A stretch of 13,793 nucleotides of DNA from Vitrella brassicaformis CCMP3155. Taxonomy: Eukaryota; Protista; Chromerida. Positions 1 to 10,183 of this stretch are shown here, piece after piece. A program made the translations under genes and the position numbers. Under the pieces are notes generated by a model. The model was not told the DNA's origin, did not search any database, and was given only the letters and a program-made list of their open reading frames with translations. The number at the start of each line of letters is the position of its first letter. Positions within the stretch are counted from its first letter, which is position 1. The stretch covers positions 1 to 13,793 of the forward strand of contig CDMY01000874.1 in NCBI GenBank assembly GCA_001179505.1, given 5' to 3'.

Positions 1-252
1 CTGTGTGTGTGTGTGTGTTCGTTTTACCGTCCTTATAGCTAATTGATGGCGTGCGTCGGCATGGCTAGCGTGACACAAGACGCACACACTCATCGGCATT
101 CTCTGATTGATTTTGAAAAGAGGTGTACATGTATTGTGTGGCGTGCCAAACTCTCTCTCTCCGGGTCTGTCTGTCTGTCTGCCCCTCCCCATGCCACAGC
201 GACTACGAAGAGAGGCAGGGAGAGAGATCAAAAGGCATGTTCGCTGCTGCAG

Positions 253-626
253 ATGTGTTTGCAACAACTTACTTGTCTCGTGTGAGACAGAAGTTCGTGG
301 AGTCAGAAGACGCCGATCCCCACCGCGAGTTTCAGGGCGGCGACCTCATGTCAACTGAGACGGTGAAGCCTTGGTCCACCAAGACCACCAAGACCATCAA
401 TTCTTTTCCTGGGCACGAGAGCTGGTGGAAGAACAGAGGTGAGTCAGACTCTGGGACAGACAGACAGACAGATAAGAATACCTGCCGAATTCGACCCGAA
501 TTCGACCCCCCCGCCCGCCGTTTGCATTTTAACCTACTTGATCGCTACTTACACACATGCATGCATGGATGTGTGTCTTCAGAGGATGCCAGGAAAGAAG
601 AAGGAAAGATCGACTTCGACTTCTGA
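253..626 (+). CDS. Last two exons of an unidentified protein (5' part not resolved): ...DVFATTYLSRVRQKFVESEDADPHREFQGGDLMSTETVKPWSTKTTKTINSFPGHESWWKNR|EDARKEEGKIDFDF*
   Basis: Acceptor gctgcag at 252; exon 253-438; donor GTGAGT at 439; 144-bp intron containing a (GACA)n tract; acceptor tcttcag at 582; exon 583-626 ending in TGA. Splice phases agree (phase 1 to phase 1). Family not recognised. Confidence 0.6.
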
Positions 627-838
627 CGACGACGAGGACTGACTGAGTGAGTGAGTGGACAGAGCTGGACTGGCTGCTATTTCTTTTCAACGACTGCGTG
701 GGAAAGGAGGATCGATCAAGAAGGATCACACCGAGACAGACAGACAAACTCAGAGAGCCGGGGTCAGTGAGTGCATGACAGACCTCCTACACGTTTTCGT
801 TGAACGAGCGGACCAAACAAGTCGGGCAGTCGGCCTCA

Positions 839-1370
839 CCGTATGGACATTCCACACCCATACACGTACAGCTGTGTGTGCCTGTCGGCCACAGATCGAC
901 ATACACAGAGAGATTCCCAACGGATTGACCGCATTGTCATCGCAGACAGGCCAGCCAGGTGCCGCGCTCAAACAGGCAGGTGCCCAAACACTCAGTGTCC
1001 CACACCCGTCTGCACGCCGCCTGCAACCACAGCAGTCTGGCTATCTGCCGCGCATCGCCGAAAAACGACGAATCGCTCTCCGTTTATCCATCCGTCCATC
1101 CATCCATCCATGTGTTGTGTCTCCGCCCGTCTCGACGTCCCCGTCAGGAGAGCACCAAACGCAAATGCACAATATCCATTGATTCACCTTGTATCTTGTT
1201 TGGGAGCCGGGACCACATCAATGGAGAGAAGACTCTCTTCCACAGGGAACGTATTGAGAGAGGAGTCCGACATCTTTCCTTCATATATCGGTCTGCCACT
1301 CTCTGTTACCGCATGCCAACTGGGCACCTTGCAACTGAGTGCGGCGTTGGCCGTCTTGTTGGCCTGCTGC
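839..1370 (-). CDS. Possible exons of an unidentified minus-strand gene (...KVPSWHAVTESGRPIYEGKMSDSSLNTFPVEESLLSIDVVPAPKQDT|...HTQLYVYGCGMSIR|)
   Basis: Microsatellite-free stretch at about 1188-1370 ending at donor AAG|GTGAAT (1187). A small candidate exon at about 839-881 is bounded by gacag and G|GTGAGG and is phase-compatible. Start, stop and the 5' acceptor are not determinable, and no family was recognised. Confidence 0.25.
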
Positions 1371-1928
1371 ACAGCAGACAGCTGACCATGCTTGTGCCGA
1401 TGCACTTATGCAGTCCTCCCACTTGTCTGCTTTGTTGCCACACACGTGAAGGAAAGGAGACGAGGGAGGGTGGGAGGGAGGGAGAAAGAGAGACACGAGT
1501 GGCCTGCGACATGACGCCACACAACACAAGACACCGCCACATGGCAGCGTTGGGGTGTCTCGTGTGTGTGTGGTTAGACCTGCGTGAACTAGGGAGATGG
1601 ACGGATGGCATCGATTATTTGATGGTCGCGACTGTGTGTGCTGGCGTGCGTTGACGTTGACGGATGCAGCGAAGTTCGGGCAAACATACGAACGAACGAC
1701 TCCTCAACCTCAGCAAGTTTTGAGATTAGACATAAATGTCCCTCTGTCTCGGTCCATCCATCCATCCATGGGTGGCGCTGGTTGGCAGAGAGACAGGCAG
1801 GGCAACGCAGGGCAACGCAGGGCGAGGCGAGAAAAGTGGATTGAGACAGAGGAGAGCGGCGAGTAGGTGGGGGAGGGACGGTGGGTGGCCTCTGTCAGGC
1901 CGCGTGCATCGCATCGCAGCACATGTGT

Positions 1929-1957
1929 GCAGGCAGGCAGGCAGGCAGGCAGGCAGG
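1929..1957. repeat. (GCAG)n microsatellite, representative of many (GGCA)n, (GACA)n, (CCAT)n, (CAGT)n and (CA)n tracts in introns and intergenic DNA
   Basis: Directly visible. Other examples: (CA)n at 3367-3391, (GACA)n at 10023-10050, (AC)n at 13386-13406. Confidence 0.95.
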
Positions 1958-2180
1958 TATCGACCAACTGCATCCTATCCATCAAGGAACCAAGGAAGGA
2001 GGCAACTCATCAATCAATCCATCAATCAGTAAAGGCAGGCAGGCAGGCAGGAAGGCAAGAAGGCGATAAAACGGAGGAGCGAGGAAAAAGGACTGTATAT
2101 AGTAAGCAATTGTTAGGTCAAACGTCAAACGGGTCGAGGTCGGTGGGCGCGGGGCGCATACATGCCAGTGCACTGCCCCC

Positions 2181-2480
2181 NNNNNNNNNNNNNNNNNNNN
2201 NNNNNNNNNNNNNNNNNNNNNNNNNNNNNNNNNNNNNNNNNNNNNNNNNNNNNNNNNNNNNNNNNNNNNNNNNNNNNNNNNNNNNNNNNNNNNNNNNNNN
2301 NNNNNNNNNNNNNNNNNNNNNNNNNNNNNNNNNNNNNNNNNNNNNNNNNNNNNNNNNNNNNNNNNNNNNNNNNNNNNNNNNNNNNNNNNNNNNNNNNNNN
2401 NNNNNNNNNNNNNNNNNNNNNNNNNNNNNNNNNNNNNNNNNNNNNNNNNNNNNNNNNNNNNNNNNNNNNNNNNNNNNNNN
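2181..2480. other. Assembly gap (300 N)
   Basis: Run of N directly visible. ORFs spanning it are artefacts. Confidence 1.
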
Positions 2481-4006
2481 CCACACACACACTCATAGGC
2501 AGGCAGGCAGGCAGGCAAAAAACACATGACCACACACACATACACAGTCCACGCATCCACGTGCAGACAAAATTCGGCAAGTACATCTCTCATGCCCCCA
2601 GCCCTCGATCCATCCATCCATCCAGCCGTGCAATCAGTGTCTGTGAGGGATTCACTCACCAGCCAGCCAGCCATCACTTGCAAGGAAGGCAAACCGCCCA
2701 TCCATCCCATCCCCCCCGTCTCCGAAAAACACCGCCACTCGCGCGAGAGACACTCACTCACTCGTTGCGGCATGGCCATGCCATTCGCAGCACGGCATCA
2801 AGACGTACAGACGTACGGACGGCTAGGCAACGTTCGTTCGTACGCGGATGGTGCGTGTTGGCGTGGTGTCTGGCAGCGACCAGCAAAGGGAGGGAACCAG
2901 CCAGCCGACACAAGCAAGATACACAGGGAACCAGGCCGCCACGTGGGCGGGAGCCTGTCTGATTACATGCGATAGATAGATAGCAACCAGACAGAGAGAA
3001 AGGGAAGAGCGTCATCCATCCATCCATCCCTATCTCTCAATGAATGAGTGCAAATGAGCATCAAATCGGTCGGCCACACCTACCTTACCTGCATACACAC
3101 CACACACACAACACTCACGCCAATTGATTACCGCTGTAGCACAAGACAGACAGACAGACAGACAGGGGGACAGACAGATAACAGAGGCTTAGACAGGATT
3201 GGTATGCAAGTACGCACCAAAAACCCCACAGAAGAAGAAGCAGCAGAAGGAGAGGCAGAGGGACAGGGGGGGAGAGGCAGGCACAGAGAGACAGAGAGAG
3301 AGAGAGACGGACGCTCGAGAGCTATCGCACACATGGCACCACGCCGCACGCGCCATGCAGCCAACTACACACACACACACACACACACACAGAGCACTGC
3401 ACCGCCCGCACACGTCTGTATGTCTGTCTGATCTTGTCTACCTACGCTCTAGACAATCAAATCACTTGCTACGCCTACGTCTGTCTGTCTGTCTGTCTCT
3501 CTGTCTGTCTGTCCGAGTTTCTCGCTCGGCGTCCACATACACACATCCCTGCCCCGACCCCACAAATAACCCAGTGGCATCTTGCTCTTACAAAAGCGCC
3601 AAAAAAACGCCCTCAGTCCCTTCCGCGTACGTGCGCACAAATGCTCAGCAAGAAAGGAGGGAGGGAAGGAAGGAAGAAGGCAAGCAGTCGACCAAGCAGG
3701 CAGGCAGGCAGGAAAGGAGGTAACCAGGAGAGAGGGGAAAACACGCCATCGGTCAATCCCCCCACCCCCCACACACATGCACGAAACCTCATCCATCCAT
3801 ACCAAACAAGGTGCGATAAGTACGCAAACACCCAGCCGGCCGCCACCCTCACAAATGCAACGAACTTGGCCCCCAACCCCCCCACCATGGACCGCCACAC
3901 AGCCAGCCGCCATGACAACAGAACCGTAGTGGCCCGCATAATCACAAGGGAGCAAAACACGGTCCCAGATCCACCCACCAGCCCATCCATCCCTCCAGGT
4001 ATTATG

Positions 4007-7000
4007 CTAGACCTGGACCGAGACGGGTGGCGAGACAGCTGAGGACCCTCCGCTGCCCCCCGAGGACCCGCCGCTGCCACTGCCGCCCGAGCCACTGCCG
4101 CCCGGCCCGCCCATTCTGCCCCCACTCCTCAGCTCGACCGGCGAACTTTCGATCGGCTTCCGTGCTCGATAGTGATCCACCTGACGGTCCTGGGAAAGCG
4201 CAGAGAAGAGACAGACAGACAGACAGACAGTGTGTGACGGTGTGGTGTGAGTGAGTATACGATGTGTACCTGGTTGATGGCAGCGGCCCGTTTTTGATGC
4301 CCGTGGTTGGGCCTGTGTCTTGGGGTGAGGACGGCCGATCCGGTGTCGTCATAGTCGTCGTCATCGAACAACTCACCCTCCTGGCCATGGTGCGGGTCGT
4401 GGTCCTCCTCCTCCACACACGGCTGCGGACACGGGCCGTTGCCGTTGGCGTATGGGTGCGTCCGGCCTCCAGCCACAGTGCCGTGAGACGTGGGCATGAC
4501 GGTAGAAGAGCCCTCGGCCGTCTCGTTGTCGCTCCCGTCCGTGTGCTCCCTCTCTGCCTCGGCAGCGGCCTGCGCAGCCGCCTCCTGACTGATCTTGGTG
4601 GCGGGCGCCGTCCTGTGTCTGCGCCTGTAGGGGGATCCCTTCTTGCGCTGGCTTGGGTGCTGGTTGTCTTGGGGCTGATCAGGGGTGACTGTGCGTGGGG
4701 ACGGGGCGAGGGTGACCCGGCGGGTGAGGGGGGCGCCTGTGGAGTCCTTGAGCTGCAGACCAGGGCAGTTGTGCTCGCCGTGGTCCTCCAGGATGGCCTT
4801 CATGAGCTCGCTGCTGATGTTGCGAGCTCGCTTGGCGGGATCGGTCTTGTGGCTGCAGCCATACATAAATGATGACAAACAACACACTTGAGGCCTCGTG
4901 TAGTTACGGGTCTCTCACTGACTGACCGTCTGTTTCTCCTCTGCCCAGCCATGGCAGCCGCCAGCACATTTGGGTCTCTAGCGGGCATCCCGCCGTCCTC
5001 TCCCTCCGCCGCCTTGCCGTCAATCTCGTTCTCGTTCCCATTACTGTTGTCGCCATTGGTCACCTCCCACTCGCCGCGGTTGCCGTTCATCAAATCCAGC
5101 ACCGTCAGCTGCCGCCGCCGTGGCTCGTGGGGGCGGGGCGGGTCGACGTACTGCACCGAGTCGTCAAACTGCAGCTTGTTGGTGACGGATGCGCGTCGGC
5201 GACCGTTGGACGGCGTGAGGATGGGTGGGGCGGGGGGGCGGGGGGCTGCACTCACGCGGAAATACGCCGACGTACGAAGCCCTGCATTCATCCACGCATG
5301 GACAGAGAGCGAGAGAGAATGGGGAGTTGTTGCATGTTGTCGTGTGTGGGTCTCTCGTCACCCACCTGTGTAAGGCGTCCTGTCCTCGAGTTTGGTGCCT
5401 GCGTCTCTTCTGAAGTTGCGGTGCTTTTTCATGATGGTGACGCCGGTGTCCTGGTCGATCTGGCGGTTGGCCGGTGGGTCCCGCCAGTCGAGCTTGAGGT
5501 ACTTGACGCCCGTCTCCGGGTCGATGATTCCCTCGGTGGCCAGCCGCTGACGCACCGCCCCGATTGACGCGTACACGGAGACGGACGTGTGCAGCTGCTG
5601 CAACATGTAGTTGGCCTGCGCCCTCAGACCTGCAGACAGACACAATAAACATCCATCCATCCATCTATCTGGTGTTCTGTCTTACGTTGGTCCTCATCCG
5701 ACTGTTCGCTGCCCGGCCTCTCCTCCCCATCGTCGCACATGGTGACCCCCGCCGGCGGCTGAGACCTCTTCACCTCTTGTTCCCGCCTGTCTGCCTCCTT
5801 CCGCCCATAGCTGCGGTTGAGCGGCGTGCGCGGCGGCTCGCGGCCCCTCTGCTTGACGACCATATTCCTGGGGGTGGGGAACGGGGGCGGCAGCCGCGAG
5901 CGGGAGGAACATGCGCTGTGTGACGACGACATGGACGACGACCCGCTCGGCGTCAGTGTCAGCTGCTGCTTGTCCCTGTTTGTTGTGTCGCCAGCTGACG
6001 GTTGGAAGCTCACTGCGTAGGGGTAGGGGTAGGCGTAGGCGTTGGTGTATGCGCTGTTGTATGTGTGTGGGGGGTTGCGGGTGGGGTTGGGGGGCTGCGT
6101 GAAGGGCGTCATGCCCGACCAGCCGTCGCTCTCGTCGCAGATCTCCATGACGCTCGGCGGCTCGTTGTCGAAGTCGACAATGGGCTGGCTCGGCTGCTCG
6201 CTCGACAGGCTGATCTCGCCACCTGCAGTGGTGGGCATGAAGGGCGGAGGAAGGTGCGGCAGGTCGGTCGAGCGGAACCACAGGTGGTCCAAAGCCAGGT
6301 CTGCAGACGCTCGCGTGTCGGGATCCCTGCACGAGCGACACGTGTGCAAACATTTTGGCTGGGTGGGCTGAGTGCGCCGCGGATGCGTACCGTTTGAGCA
6401 TCCAGTGGAGCAGGTCCAGCGCCTGGGGCGACACCCCAGGAAAACGAGACGCACTCAGGTCAACCTCACACCTGTTGAAAACAAACACATACGCACGCAC
6501 ACATGGAAGGTGATCCGATCCATGAGGTGGATTGTATGCACACACATCCCACCCAAGTCATCTGTGGTTGATCGATCGACTGCCTGGCCTGGCTCTTGCC
6601 TTTGATTGATTGAGCGCACCTCGATCATCTCACCTGAGGTTTTGCTGGAGTATCTCCCTGGCTTCGTCGTCGCGCGAGGGCTCCACCCCGCCGGGCCGTC
6701 TGCGGCTGGCGAATGGCGGGGAGCCCTTGAGCATGATGTAGAATATAACCCCCGCACTGAAAATGTCAACCTTGGTCGTGTACGCCCGGTTCTCGAGGAT
6801 CTCGGGCGCTGACAAACACATGCACGCAGCAGCAGGCACACAGAAGGGGATGAGCGTGGGTTTTTCTGTGCGTCTGTTTGTTTGTGAGGTGCCTACCAAC
6901 GTATCCCGGCGACCCGCATCTCATGTTCATTTTGTTGTGGTTGTTCGTGTGGCAGGCCAGGCCGAAGTCGATGACCTTGACGCTCGAGCCGTCGCACTCA

Positions 7001-8533
7001 TCCTCCAAGATCAAATTCTCAGTCTACGCAAACAAATAAGCCAGCGATCGAATGAATGATATGGGCGCGCCCTCTGTGTGTTACCTTGAGGTCTCTGTGG
7101 ACGATGTTGAGCGAGTGGAGGCACTTGAGGGCCAGGAGGATCCGCCAGATGGCGACTCGCGCAACGTGTTCGGGGTAGGCGCCCCGCTCCTGGATGAAGT
7201 CGTACACCTCCCCGCCACGCAAATACTCCATCACCAGACACACATAGTTCTCTGACATCCACACACAGAGAGAGAGAGAGAGAGATGCGGGACAGTGACC
7301 TCTTCTTGTGTGCACGTGCACACCTTGTTCGTAAGCGCCGTATAGTTTGGCGATGTAGGGGTGGTCGATGCGCGAGAGTATGTTGATCTCGGCCTGGATA
7401 TTGGAGCTATCCACATCCTTGGTCGGCACCGCCTTGACGATCTTCTCGTCCTCGGACGAGATCTCCTTGGCAACGTACACCTGCCAGTCGCACGCCCACA
7501 CGCCCACACGCCCATGCATGCACACTCCTCCAACCAACCGATGAGAACAGAGCTCACCTTGCCGAATGAGCCTTCCCCGATATACTCGGTGAGCGAGTAG
7601 AGGTCCGTGAAGATCAGCTCGCGGCAGCCCGCCTTGACGAGGATGGCGTTCCACAGGTTGCGGTAGTCGTGGCGCTGAGCAGAAAACTCATAGATGCCGC
7701 CACGCGCATCCAAATTGAAGCAGGGCCTGCACACAGCAAAGGACAGACAGAGAGGCAGAACCGATCGTTTGTGAGGGTTTAGCGTGGATGCTGTCTGTCT
7801 GTCTGTCTGTCTGTCTGTTGGTTGTCTGTGCCCACCCTCTTTCTGTGAGGTTGTTGACGAAGCGCACGCCACACAGAGGGATGACAAACGACGGCTGGTC
7901 GTTCCTCTCAGACATCATGGTCACGTCATTGTCCTGCCTCTCACCCTCCCCACCACCACCAGCCGTCACACCACCCCGATAGCCGAAGAGCCCCCTCTGG
8001 AAAGCCCCTGCCGCCCCCTTGCTGGTGCCGCCTGACTGTCTGCTTCTCAGCAAGCTGTTGCTGTGCGGGTGTGCAAAGCAGAGCAGCGAGTACATGACCG
8101 AGTTGGGTTCCCGGTAGTCGGCCAGCGTTGCCTGGCTCCTCCGCAGCGTGTAGCCGTCATGCTCCTCGTAGTAGGCAAGCGCCACGTAGCGGGTCATCTC
8201 GGTCGACAGGGGCAGGTAGTAGCGGTAGCCACTCTCCACCATGCGAGGCAGGTTGCAGCCCTTGACGCTCCGCCACTCGGTCGACGAGCCGTCCAACCCC
8301 AGCCACGTGAGCAGGTCGGGCGCCAGCTGCAGCGGCTGCACGGGCTGCTGGGAGAGGCTTGAGATAGCCGGGGTGGCAGGGCCTGTGGTTATCTCGGGGT
8401 TGACATGGTGGGAGGGTGGAATGGGTCGGCCATTGTTGGGGTGGTGACGCACCTGTTGTGGGTGCCGCTGGTGGGCAGGGGGAGGACAACCAGCAGCCAG
8501 CTGCCGCTGATGCTGCTGGTGGCCGACGCGCAT
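4007..8533 (-). CDS. PH-domain-containing CAMK-group Ser/Thr protein kinase with long low-complexity C-terminal tail (about 1199 aa from ATG 8533; true 5' end may lie further upstream)
   Basis: Exons 8533-7836, 7726-7558, 7480-7324, 7251-7085, 7023-6897, 6808-6634, 6471-6391, 6326-5686, 5629-5366, 5281-4927, 4852-4270, 4189-4007. All introns are GT-AG and phase-consistent, and exons sum to 3600 nt. Kinase motifs: IGEGSFGKVY, KIVK (beta3 Lys), AEINILSRIDHPYI, VMEYLRGGEV, HRDLKTEN, IDFGL, CGSPGYVAPE, KVDIFSAGV, DPDTRAS, HLWF. Directly upstream is a PH-like C-terminal half: LLCF...PSFVIPLCGV...CFNL...GIYEFSA...LWNAILVK. Confidence 0.92.
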
Positions 8534-8662
8534 GGGATCTTTGCCTGGCTCTGTCTGTGCTGGCACAGTGGAAGGTGTAGATGGCCTGCAGGGTCTCTAA
8601 GCTCGCAAGCTCGCGGTGGGGGCGTCTCCGACTCGGAGAGGAACTTTCAAGGAAGGCCTGCA

Positions 8663-9260
8663 ATGGCGTTGAAAGCTTCGATTATCATTTTCTGTGCTCG
8701 TCGTGGCCACCATCTCCGTTTGCGTCACGGCGGCCCGCTTCAAGAAAGACGCCAATCCGCTCGCAGGCAAGCCAAGCACCAGACCCGATTGCCAAATCAT
8801 GTGCATGCTGATCAATGCAGACGGCAGCCTCACCAGCACGTCGGGCGCTCCGAAGACCTGGGACCCCTGCAGCTCGCCGTTTGCGGACGGTCAGTGTCGT
8901 TTTGAGAAACCTTGCGGCTATGCCGTCACGAGAAGCCGTGTGCGGTACGCATGCAAATGCACCGCCGAAACGGGCATTGCCAAATGCGAGTCGCCGGTAC
9001 ACAAGCACACTTGATACCTGATGCATGCTCGCTGAATCTCCGCGCATGCATCTGTCCACATATAGGAGCCCTACAAGAGCCAGCAACAGGAGGCTTACGA
9101 GAAGTGCCAGGCAGCATACAACGCCAATCAGAAGTGCTCGCCCTACACTTCGTGGATGAATCCCAAACCTACAACGATCGCTGGCGTCTTCACCAGCTGT
9201 GCGGAGGGATGCATCTGCAGGCAAATCGGCATGGACAGGGTGTGCGCGCCCAACGTTTGA
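8663..9260 (+). CDS. Small, probably secreted cysteine-rich protein (about 175 aa, 14 Cys in the mature part); 1-nt frameshift in the signal peptide (recent pseudogene or sequence error)
   Basis: ATG 8663 in good context (gcaATGG) gives MALKASIII. Removing one T from the T4 run at 8688-8691 continues into SVLVVATISVCVTAA-RFKKD...CKCTAETGIAKCESP. Phase-0 intron 8997-9065 (GTACAC...catatag). Exon 9066-9260 reads EPYKSQQQEAYEKCQAAYNANQKCSPYTSWMNPKPTTIAGVFTSCAEGCICRQIGMDRVCAPNV*. Confidence 0.78.
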
Positions 9261-9789
9261 GAGGCGCATCGAGCCTGGGGAAGACTGAGACAGACCCAAA
9301 TTTCAATCGACCAGCAGACAGCAAAGAGAGAGAGATGATGTGCGATTTTTAGTGGGACAAGGAAGTTCCTGACACGCATCGACTCGACGGGCAGACCAGT
9401 AGCGGAATGAATGCGTGTGTGTGTCTGTCTTCTTTGGTCTGGCTTCGGCGTTTCTTTCTGTCTGCCTGCGGTGTCTGTCGTCTCGTCTCTGCCTGACATG
9501 TCAAGGTTCCTTTTGTCCGATAGAGGAAGGAAACGATGCATGCAAAGAATCAACGAAAGACGCGCAGATCCGGCACATGAAAAGATAAGGATAAGCCACG
9601 CTGCAAGACACTAACGAGACAGCAGGCAATGGTTAAACGGTATCAATTGGCTCTCTGCCAAAAGCGATGGAGAGGTCTCATCATTCTAGACACAAAGGAT
9701 GTCGCTCTCGCTCGCAACCTATCACCCCTGCCTACTTATCCATCGCTGCCTACATCCCACGGCCCCGTCTATCGAGCCACCTCCCTCAC

Positions 9790-9979
9790 CCGCTAGGTGT
9801 GCTGGCGGCACCGCCCACTTCTCAGGGCACTTGTGAATCGGCGTGACACCGCCAGCCCCATGGCCGTGAGCAACAGCTTCATCACTGGGAAGTTCGAGAC
9901 TATGTTGATGGGGCAGGGGGGGGTCAGCTCCTCTGTGCTCATGTTGCTGCCGTCAATCAACTATCGTGGGCTTCGTCAG
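9790..9979 (-). other. Orphan exon (UTR exon or upstream kinase exon) containing a 49-codon ORF at 9942-9793
   Basis: Acceptor ttcctttgtggccgcag at 9980 preceded by a (TCTG)n tract, and donor G|GTGAGG at 9789. ATG 9942 (AACATGA) opens MSTEELTPPC...RQHT*, which stops 3 nt before the donor. Confidence 0.4.
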
Positions 9980-10183
9980 CTGCGGCCACAAAGGAAGACA
10001 CACTCACTGCAGTGACACACACGACAGACAGACAGACAGACAGACAGACAGAGAGAGAGACGGACACAGGAAGAAAGAAAACAACCGACCCACTGGTAGA
10101 CGCAATTAAGTGTCTCGCACTCGTGCGTTGATTGCACTTGCCGCATATATATTGCACCCTCCCTCCGTCCCTCCGGTGGCACA

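Noticed and set aside
485-506. 11-bp tandem repeat ccgaattcgac x2 in an intron
   Set aside because: A short slippage duplication with no evident function.
1867-2962. Long ORFs spanning the N gap
   Set aside because: They stay open only because N codons contain no stops, and the flanks are microsatellite-derived.
2481-4000. Multiple 70-200 aa ORFs between the gap and the kinase stop
   Set aside because: Dominated by (CA)n, (GACA)n, (GGCA)n and (CCAT)n translations (THTH, RQTD, QAGR). Most likely kinase 3'-UTR and intergenic DNA.
4264-4872. 202-aa plus-strand hydrophobic ORF (and similar ORFs 4888-5373, 6002-6397, 13256-13792)
   Set aside because: These are antisense shadows of GC-rich coding exons on the opposite strand, with no independent splice or motif support.
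4007-8585. Calling the kinase CDPK or CDPK7 by name
   Set aside because: No EF-hand motifs were found in the reconstructed protein, so orthology cannot be asserted without a phylogeny.
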